Below, in pieces: positions 54,156 through 63,078 of a stretch of 64,000 nucleotides of DNA (position 1 is its first letter; the number at the start of each line of letters is the position of its first letter). Source of the DNA: an uncultured Anaerolineae bacterium (GTDB taxonomy: Bacteria; Chloroflexota; Anaerolineae; Fen-1058); assembly GCA_964398185.1 (NCBI GenBank), contig CAYNML010000024.1:6790-70789 (forward strand). The letters run 5' to 3'. The notes beneath the pieces were generated by a model. That model was not told where the DNA came from. It ran no database searches and worked only from the letters and a program-made list of their open reading frames with translations. The translations under genes were made by a program, and so were the position numbers.

Positions 54156-57100
54156 TTACACGTCTTCTACCTGCACTTCGTTTTTCACGCGCAGAAACAC
54201 CAATTGCCCACGCGGGCGTTGGCCGATCTGCGGCGCGATCGCTTCGATGTAGCGCTGCACTTGCTCAGCATATTTCTCGTGCTCGATTGTAGCACGCATC
54301 TCTTCGATCGATCTTACTTCGTCCGTCTTGAAATCGACGATCGTCCAGCCATCGCCCGATCGATAGAGCAGATCGATCACGCCCGTATCGCCGGGCAGAG
54401 CATAGGGAACTTTGTGCAGCCGATCGGCCTTCTCAACTTCTTCGTACAACGGGTGCGCCTGAAACCGTCGCAGCATCCGGCGCACTTCGTTAATCGTCGC
54501 CTGAATCTCGGCGTGATCGGTCAAGCCCGCTTCCAAAGCGAAGGGCAGCAGAAAGGCGTCGAAGTTGTCGGAGTCGGGAAAGCGCCAGCGGCGCAGCGCT
54601 TCGTGTGTCAACCGCCCGACGACCCACGCCGGCCCGACGGGCCGTTGGGCCTTTGGCACAACGCGCCAAACCTTCGATTGCGGATTTTGGATTTTGGATT
54701 GCGGATCAAGGTGGAGCGCTGCAACGACCAGTTCAGGCGGTTGCAGGATGCTGGCCGATCCGCTTACCGTCTCGGCATTAGTTCGAATCGCTCCAACTTC
54801 CTCTGGCGGATACAACACACACCCAAGCGGTTGACTGAGTTCCACGCGACGCGGCGCGGTGAGCTCGCCATCAATCGTGATGGCATCCAGCCCGACGACT
54901 TCACCCAATCGTCTTAACCAACCACTCAACGTCAGCATATGCTTGGAACTGATCTTGGCGTGTCCGCTGACGATCAATTTTTCTTTGGCGCGCGTGGCGG
55001 CGACGTAGAGCAGGCGTTTATCTTCGGCGTCGTCTTTGGCTTGCTCGTTCAGCCGGGCCAGGCGATAGGCCACCGGATGTGCGCCGTCCGCGTCGGTCAG
55101 ATCGATCTGCAAGCCGAGGTGATCGTCGAGCAGCACTTTGCTGGCACGATTGGGCATTTCGTGCGCGGCGTCGGCGATGACGACGACGGGAAATTCCAGA
55201 CCTTTCGCTTTGTGGACCGTCATCAACTGCACCGCGCCCTCGGCGGCGACGGGCGCTTCGCCTTCACGCACGCCGGTATCTTCCAGCGTCTGCACGTATT
55301 CCAGAAATTCGCCGAGGCTGATCAAGCGGCTGGCGTGCGCGTCGACCAACAGCTTATCGACGTTGCGGCGCAGGCGATGGCCCTGCGGCACAGCGCTCAA
55401 CAGCGTGCGATAGTGCGTCGCGTCGAGGAAGCGCTTCAGCACCTCGGCCACCGACACGCGCCCGGCGAGATCGTGCAGTTCGGCAATGAGGTGATAGGCG
55501 TCACTGCGAGCGCTTCCCAGCGAAGCAGTCTCAGTGTGCCCTGATGAGATTGCTTCGCGCTCCGCGCTCGCAATGACGGACAGATTTTCCCACAATGAAC
55601 GCGGCTGATCATCGTTGGCGAAACGCAACCGATACAGATCAGCATCACTCAGGCCAATGGCTGGCGAGCGCAATAAACCCGCGAGGGCCAGATCGTCGGT
55701 GGGATCGTGGATGGCCGCCAACGCATTGAGCACATCACGGATCTCCGGTCGATCGTAGAAGCCGCGTCCGGCGATGGTCACGAAGGGAATGCCCGCCCGT
55801 TCGAGGGCGTCTTCGTACACGCTAAAGCCGCTGCTGGCGCGGAACAGCAGCGCCATGTCACTCCACGCAAATTCCTCGGCGCGGTGCAAAGCGTGCAAGC
55901 GCTGGGCCAGAGCGGTCGCGGTGGCTTCACGTCCAGTGGCGGCATCCTCGCCCACGCCGAGATGAAATTCCACAAAGGGTGCGCACACGGCTTGTTTTTC
56001 AGGCTGTTTGCGCTGGGCGCGCAATTCGGCAAAGGGCACTTCGTAGGGCTGCGTCAGATCAGCGGCTTCGCCCAGCACGGGACGCAGCAGATCGTTGAGA
56101 TTCTGCACCAGCGGTTGATGCGCGCGGAAAGTGAGATCGAGATCGACGGTAAGGCCATTGGCGGCTTGAATATCCGCCTGCACTTGCCGGAAAACGCTCA
56201 CGTCCGCGCCGCGAAACTTATAGATGCTCTGTTTGGCGTCGCCGACGATGAAGAGTTCGCCCGCCGAGGATGCCGTCATTGCGAGGAGCGCTTTTTGCGA
56301 CAAAGCAATCTCCTGCGGTTGGAACTGGGATTGCTTCGCAGACAGCGCTCGCAATGACGGAGCGGGCGCGAAACCCGTCAACGCATACACGATGTCGCGC
56401 TGGCGGGCATTGGTGTCTTGAAATTCGTCGACCAGCACCGCCTGCACATCATGTTGCCAACGTTCGCGTACCGCGGGCTGTGTCGTCAGCAGCTGGGCGG
56501 CGCGGCCTTCCAGATCGTCAAAGTCGAGCGCGTGCTGTGCGTCCTTCAATTGATCGTATTCCTGCAAGACGCGAGCGTGCAGTTGTTGCAGCGCGGGCAG
56601 AGCATCGGCCAGTTGTCGATCGAGCGCAACATTCAACGAGCCTTCCGCGCCGATCAACGGCTTGAGTTCCTCGTCGTAGTGATCGCGCAAGACGCGCATG
56701 GCTTCACGTGCGGTTTCCAGATCGGCGGCGTCCCAGTTGGCTTTTTGTCCCTGTGTGGAAGTTGCCTTGCGAAGTTGCGACAGGCCGTTGAAGAGCGTGG
56801 TCCAATCGGATGCAGTACGAGCCGCCGAGACTTCGCGCCAGCGATCGAGCACGGCGCGGCGCGCGGTCTCCAGTTTGTCGTCGGCGCTGCGCGATCGAAG
56901 TTCGGTCAGCGTGTTTAAAGCGTCGCGCCATTGATCGGTCAGGTGTTCGTCCAGCCAGCGAGTCAGTGCGTCTGCGAGGTGTGTTGAGGTTGACCACACC
57001 GCCGCCACATCGAGCCGCTTTTCGATCAGCGTGCCGAGAATGTCACGCAGGCCGCCTTCGGTGAAGAGGCCGATGAGGGGCGCGAGGTCCGATCGGGTGG

Positions 57101-57590
57101 CCGCCCACGCCAGCGCGGCTTCGATCGCCTGCGCCTGCCACGCGGCCGCCTGGCCTTCTTCCAACACAGCGAAGTTGGGATCGAGTCCGGCTTCGGCGGG
57201 ATGCGTCCTGAGGACCTCGGCGCACAGGCTGTGGATGGTGCTGATGCGCGCCGCGTCGAGCTCGGTGAAGGCGCGCTGCCATATTTGCTCGGCGACCGCG
57301 TCTTCGCGGTCGGCCCCACCCGCGAGGACGCGGGCAGGGAGCATCAAGCGGCGTTGAATCTCGATACGGATGCGCGTCCGCATTTCACGCGCAGCCTTGT
57401 CGGTGAACGTGATGGCGACCAGCGAGCGCAGCGGATGGCCCTGTTCCAGCAGATGCAGGTAGCGCCCGACGAGCACGCGCGTCTTGCCGGAGCCGGCGCC
57501 CGCCGTCACCGCAATGGCGCGGCTGCGGCGCGTGGCGGCCTGCTTTTGATCGGGTGTGAATGTGAATTGAGTGAGGATGCTGCTATGCAT
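54156..57590 (-). CDS. addA: AddA/UvrD-like SF1 helicase with C-terminal RecB-family nuclease
   Basis: AGAGSGKT, AITFTDKAAREM, STIHSLC, VLVDEFQDTN, IVGDAKQSIYKFRGAD, MTVHKAKGLEFP, RLLYVAATRA and GVIDLL...VDFKT. Confidence 0.85.
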   Translation of the reverse strand: MHSSILTQFTFTPDQKQAATRRSRAIAVTAGAGSGKTRVLVGRYLHLLEQGHPLRSLVAITFTDKAAREMRTRIRIEIQRRLMLPARVLAGGADREDAVAEQIWQRAFTELDAARISTIHSLCAEVLRTHPAEAGLDPNFAVLEEGQAAAWQAQAIEAALAWAATRSDLAPLIGLFTEGGLRDILGTLIEKRLDVAAVWSTSTHLADALTRWLDEHLTDQWRDALNTLTELRSRSADDKLETARRAVLDRWREVSAARTASDWTTLFNGLSQLRKATSTQGQKANWDAADLETAREAMRVLRDHYDEELKPLIGAEGSLNVALDRQLADALPALQQLHARVLQEYDQLKDAQHALDFDDLEGRAAQLLTTQPAVRERWQHDVQAVLVDEFQDTNARQRDIVYALTGFAPAPSLRALSAKQSQFQPQEIALSQKALLAMTASSAGELFIVGDAKQSIYKFRGADVSVFRQVQADIQAANGLTVDLDLTFRAHQPLVQNLNDLLRPVLGEAADLTQPYEVPFAELRAQRKQPEKQAVCAPFVEFHLGVGEDAATGREATATALAQRLHALHRAEEFAWSDMALLFRASSGFSVYEDALERAGIPFVTIAGRGFYDRPEIRDVLNALAAIHDPTDDLALAGLLRSPAIGLSDADLYRLRFANDDQPRSLWENLSVIASAEREAISSGHTETASLGSARSDAYHLIAELHDLAGRVSVAEVLKRFLDATHYRTLLSAVPQGHRLRRNVDKLLVDAHASRLISLGEFLEYVQTLEDTGVREGEAPVAAEGAVQLMTVHKAKGLEFPVVVIADAAHEMPNRASKVLLDDHLGLQIDLTDADGAHPVAYRLARLNEQAKDDAEDKRLLYVAATRAKEKLIVSGHAKISSKHMLTLSGWLRRLGEVVGLDAITIDGELTAPRRVELSQPLGCVLYPPEEVGAIRTNAETVSGSASILQPPELVVAALHLDPQSKIQNPQSKVWRVVPKAQRPVGPAWVVGRLTHEALRRWRFPDSDNFDAFLLPFALEAGLTDHAEIQATINEVRRMLRRFQAHPLYEEVEKADRLHKVPYALPGDTGVIDLLYRSGDGWTIVDFKTDEVRSIEEMRATIEHEKYAEQVQRYIEAIAPQIGQRPRGQLVFLRVKNEVQVEDV
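54675..54707. repeat. In-frame heptamer repeat (GATTTTG/GATTGCG units) encoding PQSKIQNPQSK in addA
   Basis: CGATTGCGGATTTTGGATTTTGGATTGCGGATC. Confidence 0.75.
55499..55578. repeat. Palindromic element copy, in frame within addA
   Basis: CGTCACTGCGAG...GAAGCAGTCTC...GAGATTGCTTCG...CTCGCAATGACG; encodes VIASAEREAISSGHTETASLGSARSDA. Confidence 0.85.
56274..56359. repeat. Palindromic element copy, in frame within addA
   Basis: CGTCATTGCGAG...AAGCAATCTCC...GGGATTGCTTCG...CTCGCAATGACG; encodes SLRALSAKQSQFQPQEIALSQKALLAMT. Confidence 0.85.
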
Positions 57591-57658
57591 GCGTGGCCGC
57601 GTCTATCCTTGTAGAATCGGTGTATAATTTTCATAGACCGATAGTAAGGCGGACAATC

Positions 57659-57991
57659 ATGAGCGACTTAACGACTCGCACTACGGCAAAACGACTCAAT
57701 ACCCTGGCGCAGCTCTACGAGCGTGGTCAGACCAGTCCATTGTTGGATCGGGCGCTGGCTAAAGCGCTGACGTATGAGGCTGCCGTGTCACGCCAGCAGC
57801 TGGAGCAATTGCAGGCCGATCTGGCCGAACTGGAACAACGCTATGGACTATCGTCGGCCGAGTTTTACCAGCAATATCAAGCCGGCCAGACAGATGATCA
57901 ACTTGATTATACGGAATGGGCCGCGCTGCTCCAGATGGCGAATAACTTGCAAGAACGGCTGCGGTTGCTGGCCGACGCCGAACGTCCATGA
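57659..57991 (+). CDS. Probable antitoxin of a type II TA pair
   Basis: LEQRYGLSSAEFYQQYQAGQTDDQLDYTEWA pattern; ATGA overlap with the downstream toxin; TATAAT at 57623. Confidence 0.7.
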   Translation: MSDLTTRTTAKRLNTLAQLYERGQTSPLLDRALAKALTYEAAVSRQQLEQLQADLAELEQRYGLSSAEFYQQYQAGQTDDQLDYTEWAALLQMANNLQERLRLLADAERP

Positions 57992-58371
57992 CTGCCGCCG
58001 ATTATTTGGAGTCGATCAAAGCCCGTCTGTTGAGCGACCCCCTCATCGCTGCGTTCCAGATCGTGCGTGAACGCAGCACTTCCTTTGACGGTTATCTGCG
58101 CGCCAGAGTGACGCTGTTGGACGACAGTCACCTTGAATTCGCCGAATACTTCACCGTTGCCACAGATGATCAGATTGCGGTGGTGACTTACAATTACCAC
58201 TGGGCTGCGCCGCATGGCGGCCTGATTCAGCGTTGGGATAATACTCCCCATTATCCCGGTCTGCCCAACTTTCCCGATCACACCCATCTGGCCGACACGG
58301 CTGAACCACTCCCGGCTGAACCACAGAATATCTTCGCTGTATTGGATGAAATTACCAAACGTTTGTCATAG
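57988..58371 (+). CDS. DUF6516/TumE-like toxin of a type II TA pair
   Basis: YNYHW...IQRWDNTPHYPGLPNFPDHTH motif. Confidence 0.7.
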   Translation: MTAADYLESIKARLLSDPLIAAFQIVRERSTSFDGYLRARVTLLDDSHLEFAEYFTVATDDQIAVVTYNYHWAAPHGGLIQRWDNTPHYPGLPNFPDHTHLADTAEPLPAEPQNIFAVLDEITKRLS

Positions 58372-58374
58372 CCG

Positions 58375-61300
58375 CTAGAAGGCTTGTGGCGTATATCTCC
58401 AGCAAAACGCGACGGCGGGACAATAGCTTGGACACCCGCCATCGGGTGGCATGGGGTGGAAATCGCCCGAGCGAATGTGCCGCACGTGATCGACGACGTG
58501 CTGCTTGACTTGATCAAAAGCGGCCCCTATGCCGTCGGGATATTTTTCCAACTTGAAGCTGCTGGCCTCGCCGCGCAAGATGTGCCAGTAGAAGCCCGAG
58601 GCAACTTTGCCAAGTCCCAGCGCCTCTTGCGCGGCCAGCGCGTACAACGGCAGTTGCAAGCGTTTGCCTTTCTCCAGATCCTTCGCGCTGATGGCTGAGC
58701 CGCTGGCCTTGTAATCGATCACGCGCAGACGACCCTGCTGATCCACATCCAGCCGATCGATGTAGCCGTGCAAGCGAATCTCTGCGCCATCGCCGGCGCG
58801 CACGATCAACGACGGCTGCCCCATGCCAAACCTCTGCTCGAAGTAACGCGGCGTAAATTCGGCTGAAACTTCGGCCAGTGCTTCAATCGTGAGGCGTAAC
58901 TTCTCTTCCAATTCACGCTGCTGCGCGTCCCACAATGCGCCCGGTCGGAAGCCGTAATCGATCGGAGCGGTAGCGAACACCGCGCGCGCGATAGCAGGCA
59001 GGGCGCTCAACGGATCGTCGTGTTGATACACGTCTTCCAGAATCTTGTGCAGCATCGAACCGAGGATGCGCGCATCGTAGCCTGCTTCCGGCGGCGTGCG
59101 CGGCTCCAGTTGCAGCGCGTGCGCGATGTAAAATGCAAACGGGCACGTGCCGTACATTTCCAAGCGGCTCGCGCTCCAGCCGTGCGCGGCGGAGTAGCGT
59201 TGCTGCAAGACGTCAGCCAAGTGCGGCAAGACGCCTTCATGCTCGCCGGTCGCTTCGTCGGCCAGTCGAGCCTGCAAGACTTCGAGGCGGTGCTGTAGGT
59301 GCTGATCAAATTGGCGCGCGGCCTGCACCCACTCGATCGGCGAAGCGGCTTCCTCAGGCGACAGATGATCTTCGGGGCGCACTTTGCGCACGATCGGGCC
59401 GCTCGTGCCGAGCGGTTGATCGAACAACTTCAGCACCTGCGACCAATACGGCGATGGTTCCCACGGCTGACCGTCGGGTGCGAGGTACGGTCGGGTGAGC
59501 AGCAACCGATCGGACGCGCGGGTGATTGCTTGATAGAAGAATGTGATCTCGTCGCCGCGCAGCTTGGGTTCGATCGCCAGGCCTCGATCGCGCAACACTG
59601 CCCGATCGGTTTCACGCAGCAGCACGGCTTCGCGCTCGGCCTGCGGGAATTCGCCTTCCGCTAAACCCAACAGCGCGACGGCGCGAAACGACAGGCCGCG
59701 CGCATCGAGCGCCGAGGCGGTGAACACCCCGGCCCCCACCCTTGATCCCTCCCCCGTTTCACCGGGGAGGGGATCATACGACATCGCTTCAAGCGCGCCA
59801 CGCAGTTCATTCACGAACGCGCGATAATCGATCGGTTGTGCTTCGCCGATCGTGGCGTCACTCAACACCAGGCCGCGCAGGGCATCTTTGCAAGCCCGCA
59901 GCGCCGCCACATCGCGCGCGGCGGTGATCGGGTTTTGCAGGACACGGGCCGCAACCCCGATGCCGGTCGTCTCGACTTCGCCAATCAAATCCTCGACGAA
60001 CGCGGCGTAGTCGCGGATGGTGGCCTGCGGCTCAGGCATGATGGCCGCCGTGAAGGCTTCGAACTTTGCCTGCAATTGCCGCACTTCTTCAGGCGCAAGC
60101 CATTCGGCGGAGGTATCCTCGTCGTCGATGAGCGCACCTTCGGCGCGCGGTTGGCCCAATGCCTCAAACGCTGCTTGCCATTGCTCCAACCCGCCGATCA
60201 CGCGCGCGGCGCGGGTGAGCGTGTCCAACTGCGCCGCATCGTGATCCGTAATGCCCTGCGCCGACCAGTCGAAGTACGGACTGCGCCACGCTTCCAACAC
60301 CTGACGGCGCGGCCAGTCGAGCACGGGCAGCGACAACAGCGACAACAGCGCGGCGATGGCGGGATTGTCGATCAGCGGTGCGCCGCCGATCAGTCGCAGC
60401 GGCACGCCAAACTCGGCGGCGACTTCGAGCAGGAACGGGCGGTAGGCTTCAAGGTTGCGCGCGAGGATGGCAACGTCGTCGATCGACATGCCGTCGATCA
60501 CGATCCGCTGTTTGATCCAGCGCAAGGCCGCGCGAGATTCTTCGGAACGGTTCTGGGCCTCGATGAATTCAACGGATTGCTGATTGCTGATTGCTGATTG
60601 CTGATTGCGAAGCGTTCCTGCGCGACTCTCAAACAGCGCACTTTCGAGCGCAGCTAATTCCGTGGAGCGCGTCGTTGCGAGGAGCGTTGTGTGCGACGAA
60701 GCAATCTCACCATCGGGCAGAAAGAGATTGCTTCGCAAACTGCGCTCGCAATGACGGGCGGTGGGCAGCGCTTCCGGTGTGATGTGCAGGTGATCTATCA
60801 ACGCTCGCCGCGCGCGATTGAAACGGCGATGCGCGAGACGCGAACGGGACAGATCGCCGGTGAGGGTGATGATCGTTTCCTGCGCGCGCTGCGCGAGAAT
60901 CGTCAGCACGCCCAACTGCGTGGGGTTGAATTCGTCGAAGCCGGTGACGATGAGCAGGCGCGTGTCAGTGCCGAGGTCAGGTTTGTTTTCCAGCGCAATG
61001 GCCGCCAGCCAGCCTTGCCCTTCGGCGTCGGCCCAGTCGTTGCGCTGGAGCCAGTCTTGATAGGCGGTGTAGATCGCAGCGAGTTCTTCCAGTCGCAGGC
61101 CAAGTCCGAACACCGCGCCGTGAAATGCAATCGGATAGACACGGGCCCGTTTGAGTTCTTCGATGGTATCGCGCAGCAAGGCGATGAAGCCCGGTTTGGC
61201 GCGCAGGGCGGCATAATACGGCAATTGCCCCGTGTCGCATAGTTGATCGATCACGCGGCGCAGCAGGCGAATCTGCAACGGATCGGTCAAGCGGGCGCGG

Positions 61301-61536
61301 CGCTGATCGACGCGGGTGAGCAGCTCGGCGTAGAGCATGTGGAAGGTGAGCAACTCCACACCGATCGCGCCGCCGGACCGCGCGAGGCGGCGGCGAAATT
61401 CGGCCAGCTGCAATTGATTGGGCAGGATGACCGTGACGGGCGCGAAGGGATCTGTGGCCTTGACTTCGCGCAGGCGATCGATCGCGTAGTGCGTTTTGCC
61501 GGAGGCGGCAGGGGCGAGGAGCAGGCGCACGGACAT
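58375..61536 (-). CDS. addB: AddB-like subunit: helicase-like domain + PD-(D/E)xK nuclease with 4Fe-4S staple
   Basis: N-terminal APAASGKT; SASRLEMYGTCPF; GYIDRLD...VIDYK; terminal CPSYCPAVAFC (four Cys in total). Confidence 0.82.
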   Translation of the reverse strand: MSVRLLLAPAASGKTHYAIDRLREVKATDPFAPVTVILPNQLQLAEFRRRLARSGGAIGVELLTFHMLYAELLTRVDQRRARLTDPLQIRLLRRVIDQLCDTGQLPYYAALRAKPGFIALLRDTIEELKRARVYPIAFHGAVFGLGLRLEELAAIYTAYQDWLQRNDWADAEGQGWLAAIALENKPDLGTDTRLLIVTGFDEFNPTQLGVLTILAQRAQETIITLTGDLSRSRLAHRRFNRARRALIDHLHITPEALPTARHCERSLRSNLFLPDGEIASSHTTLLATTRSTELAALESALFESRAGTLRNQQSAISNQQSVEFIEAQNRSEESRAALRWIKQRIVIDGMSIDDVAILARNLEAYRPFLLEVAAEFGVPLRLIGGAPLIDNPAIAALLSLLSLPVLDWPRRQVLEAWRSPYFDWSAQGITDHDAAQLDTLTRAARVIGGLEQWQAAFEALGQPRAEGALIDDEDTSAEWLAPEEVRQLQAKFEAFTAAIMPEPQATIRDYAAFVEDLIGEVETTGIGVAARVLQNPITAARDVAALRACKDALRGLVLSDATIGEAQPIDYRAFVNELRGALEAMSYDPLPGETGEGSRVGAGVFTASALDARGLSFRAVALLGLAEGEFPQAEREAVLLRETDRAVLRDRGLAIEPKLRGDEITFFYQAITRASDRLLLTRPYLAPDGQPWEPSPYWSQVLKLFDQPLGTSGPIVRKVRPEDHLSPEEAASPIEWVQAARQFDQHLQHRLEVLQARLADEATGEHEGVLPHLADVLQQRYSAAHGWSASRLEMYGTCPFAFYIAHALQLEPRTPPEAGYDARILGSMLHKILEDVYQHDDPLSALPAIARAVFATAPIDYGFRPGALWDAQQRELEEKLRLTIEALAEVSAEFTPRYFEQRFGMGQPSLIVRAGDGAEIRLHGYIDRLDVDQQGRLRVIDYKASGSAISAKDLEKGKRLQLPLYALAAQEALGLGKVASGFYWHILRGEASSFKLEKYPDGIGAAFDQVKQHVVDHVRHIRSGDFHPMPPDGGCPSYCPAVAFCWRYTPQAF
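60575..60609. repeat. In-frame heptamer tandem repeat (GATTGCT)x5 encoding NQQSAISNQQS in addB
   Basis: Read directly; the last unit is GATTGCG. Confidence 0.85.
60670..60756. repeat. Palindromic element copy, in frame within addB
   Basis: CGTCGTTGCGAG...GAAGCAATCTC...GAGATTGCTTCG...CTCGCAATGACG; encodes RHCERSLRSNLFLPDGEIASSHTTLLATT. Confidence 0.85.
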
Positions 61537-61562
61537 AGTAACGCCTAGAACTTCAGCAAGCG

Positions 61563-61751
61563 CTATTCACTGGCCGCATTCATGATGACCTCGAATACAT
61601 TGAGGTCATCGTCGTTGGGATTGAAGTCTTTTTCCAATGCGCGCATGCGGCGCGTTGCAGCCGTGCGCGTCGTATATGCCTCAACCACCGCGATGATGCC
61701 GCGTTGCACGAATACAACGACCCAGACAGGTTGGGGGTTCTTCTCATTCAT
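61563..61751 (-). CDS. Small hypothetical protein (62 aa)
   Basis: GAGG RBS; fills the gap between the endonuclease and addB. Confidence 0.55.
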   Translation of the reverse strand: MNEKNPQPVWVVVFVQRGIIAVVEAYTTRTAATRRMRALEKDFNPNDDDLNVFEVIMNAASE

Positions 61752-61775
61752 GATCAGCGCCTCAGTGTGTGTAAA

Positions 61776-63062
61776 TTAGACAAGCTTGACTCGATCGACG
61801 TCAATTTCAAAACATTTCATTTGCTCTGCCAGCCACCTGGCCCAGGCCCAAATCGTCTGTCGTCGCCGTTGAATAGTAGAACTGGTGTAATGCTGACGTT
61901 CACCGTCACGTGTCGCCGATGCGATGACTTCATCGACATCCTGTGCTGTAAAGTAACGCTTGTGGCGGGCACGTCGGACAAGCTGCCGAAACACCCATGA
62001 ATTAACGATCAACTGAGCCATTAAGCGCTGTTGGGCGGTGGGCGGCGTTTGAACGAAAATGAAGCCGCGCTCCGTGAGATCAAACACGCCGCGTCGTCGC
62101 GTGATCAAGCCAAGATATTCAGCGGCTTCGCCGTAGTAGTTGCTTTGACGACGATCGAAGATGAAATAATCGCTGATTGTTTCGACGGTGTTTTGTCCTG
62201 AATTGATCACCGTCAGGAGTTCAAAGATCTTGTTCAAATCATCGGCTTGAGGCACAACTTGTGAGGGCGTCTCGAGGCGAGTGTCAAGCAGGTCATCAAC
62301 TCGCAAAGCGACGGGGCGTGTAAGAGCATAGACACAGCAACGTATTTGCTGCACCGAATTGAAGACGGCCTCTTCAGTAAATTCAAATTCACGGAATGTG
62401 TATGTCGCCTGACTGAGGTCATACTCGAACAAGAGAGGGCGCACACGCTTTTGTGGCACGAGGAGCCGGAAATGTCGATACGGGTAATAGAGTTGACGGA
62501 TGTTGAAGTTAGTGCGCGCCCCAATTTTGGCTTCGACCAGGATAATGTTGTGTTCACCTTCGTAACCCGCATCGACTTCAATTTGGACACCATCGACTGT
62601 AATGGCCTCATCGTTTCCGGTTATTTGGAACTCAAATGCGCGTGAACGCTCACGACCACGAATCGTTAAATAGAGTTTCTCATCTTGAACAAAGTGCCCA
62701 AGCATGCCCGTGTTGAAAGCATTATCGAGGTACTCTGCTTCGCCAGTGCCACGCCCAGCCGTCAACAAGGGAAATTCCGTCTGCGCCTGGAATTTGGCCT
62801 GTGTTCCACAGGCACTTACATTTGCAAAGATGTTGCCACGAAATAACAAGTAGCTGCCGTTTGTGATTGCCAATAACGCATAACCATTACGGCGGAAGAT
62901 TTTGGGCAACTGCTGGTAGTCATCAATTTTTGCCAGTAAACGCGGCTCACGTTCTGACACCGTTTTGAGATGATCCGCTTTGATCTCAAAGCGACGACCA
63001 TCCAGCTGCAAGCCTGTTACCGTCAGATATTTCTCCCAGGCTGCCTCGTTGGCAGTAGGCAT
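61776..63062 (-). CDS. Probable type II restriction endonuclease (PD-(D/E)xK core + C-terminal winged helix; DUF6997/6996/7226-like)
   Basis: REPRLLAKID N-terminal motif; QIEVDAGYEG...VEAK; RQLYYPYR; PQADD...FDRRQSNYYGEAAEYLGL; adjacent to the MTase. Confidence 0.72.
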   Translation of the reverse strand: MPTANEAAWEKYLTVTGLQLDGRRFEIKADHLKTVSEREPRLLAKIDDYQQLPKIFRRNGYALLAITNGSYLLFRGNIFANVSACGTQAKFQAQTEFPLLTAGRGTGEAEYLDNAFNTGMLGHFVQDEKLYLTIRGRERSRAFEFQITGNDEAITVDGVQIEVDAGYEGEHNIILVEAKIGARTNFNIRQLYYPYRHFRLLVPQKRVRPLLFEYDLSQATYTFREFEFTEEAVFNSVQQIRCCVYALTRPVALRVDDLLDTRLETPSQVVPQADDLNKIFELLTVINSGQNTVETISDYFIFDRRQSNYYGEAAEYLGLITRRRGVFDLTERGFIFVQTPPTAQQRLMAQLIVNSWVFRQLVRRARHKRYFTAQDVDEVIASATRDGERQHYTSSTIQRRRQTIWAWARWLAEQMKCFEIDVDRVKLV

Positions 63063-63078
63063 ACCGTTCTCCTCGGTA

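Noticed and set aside
54156-61536. Cas4/Cas3-like or Tn7-associated nuclease-helicase interpretation
   Set aside because: The motifs fit the SF1A UvrD/AddA helicase and the AddB Fe-S nuclease; there is no array, cas1/2 or tns gene.
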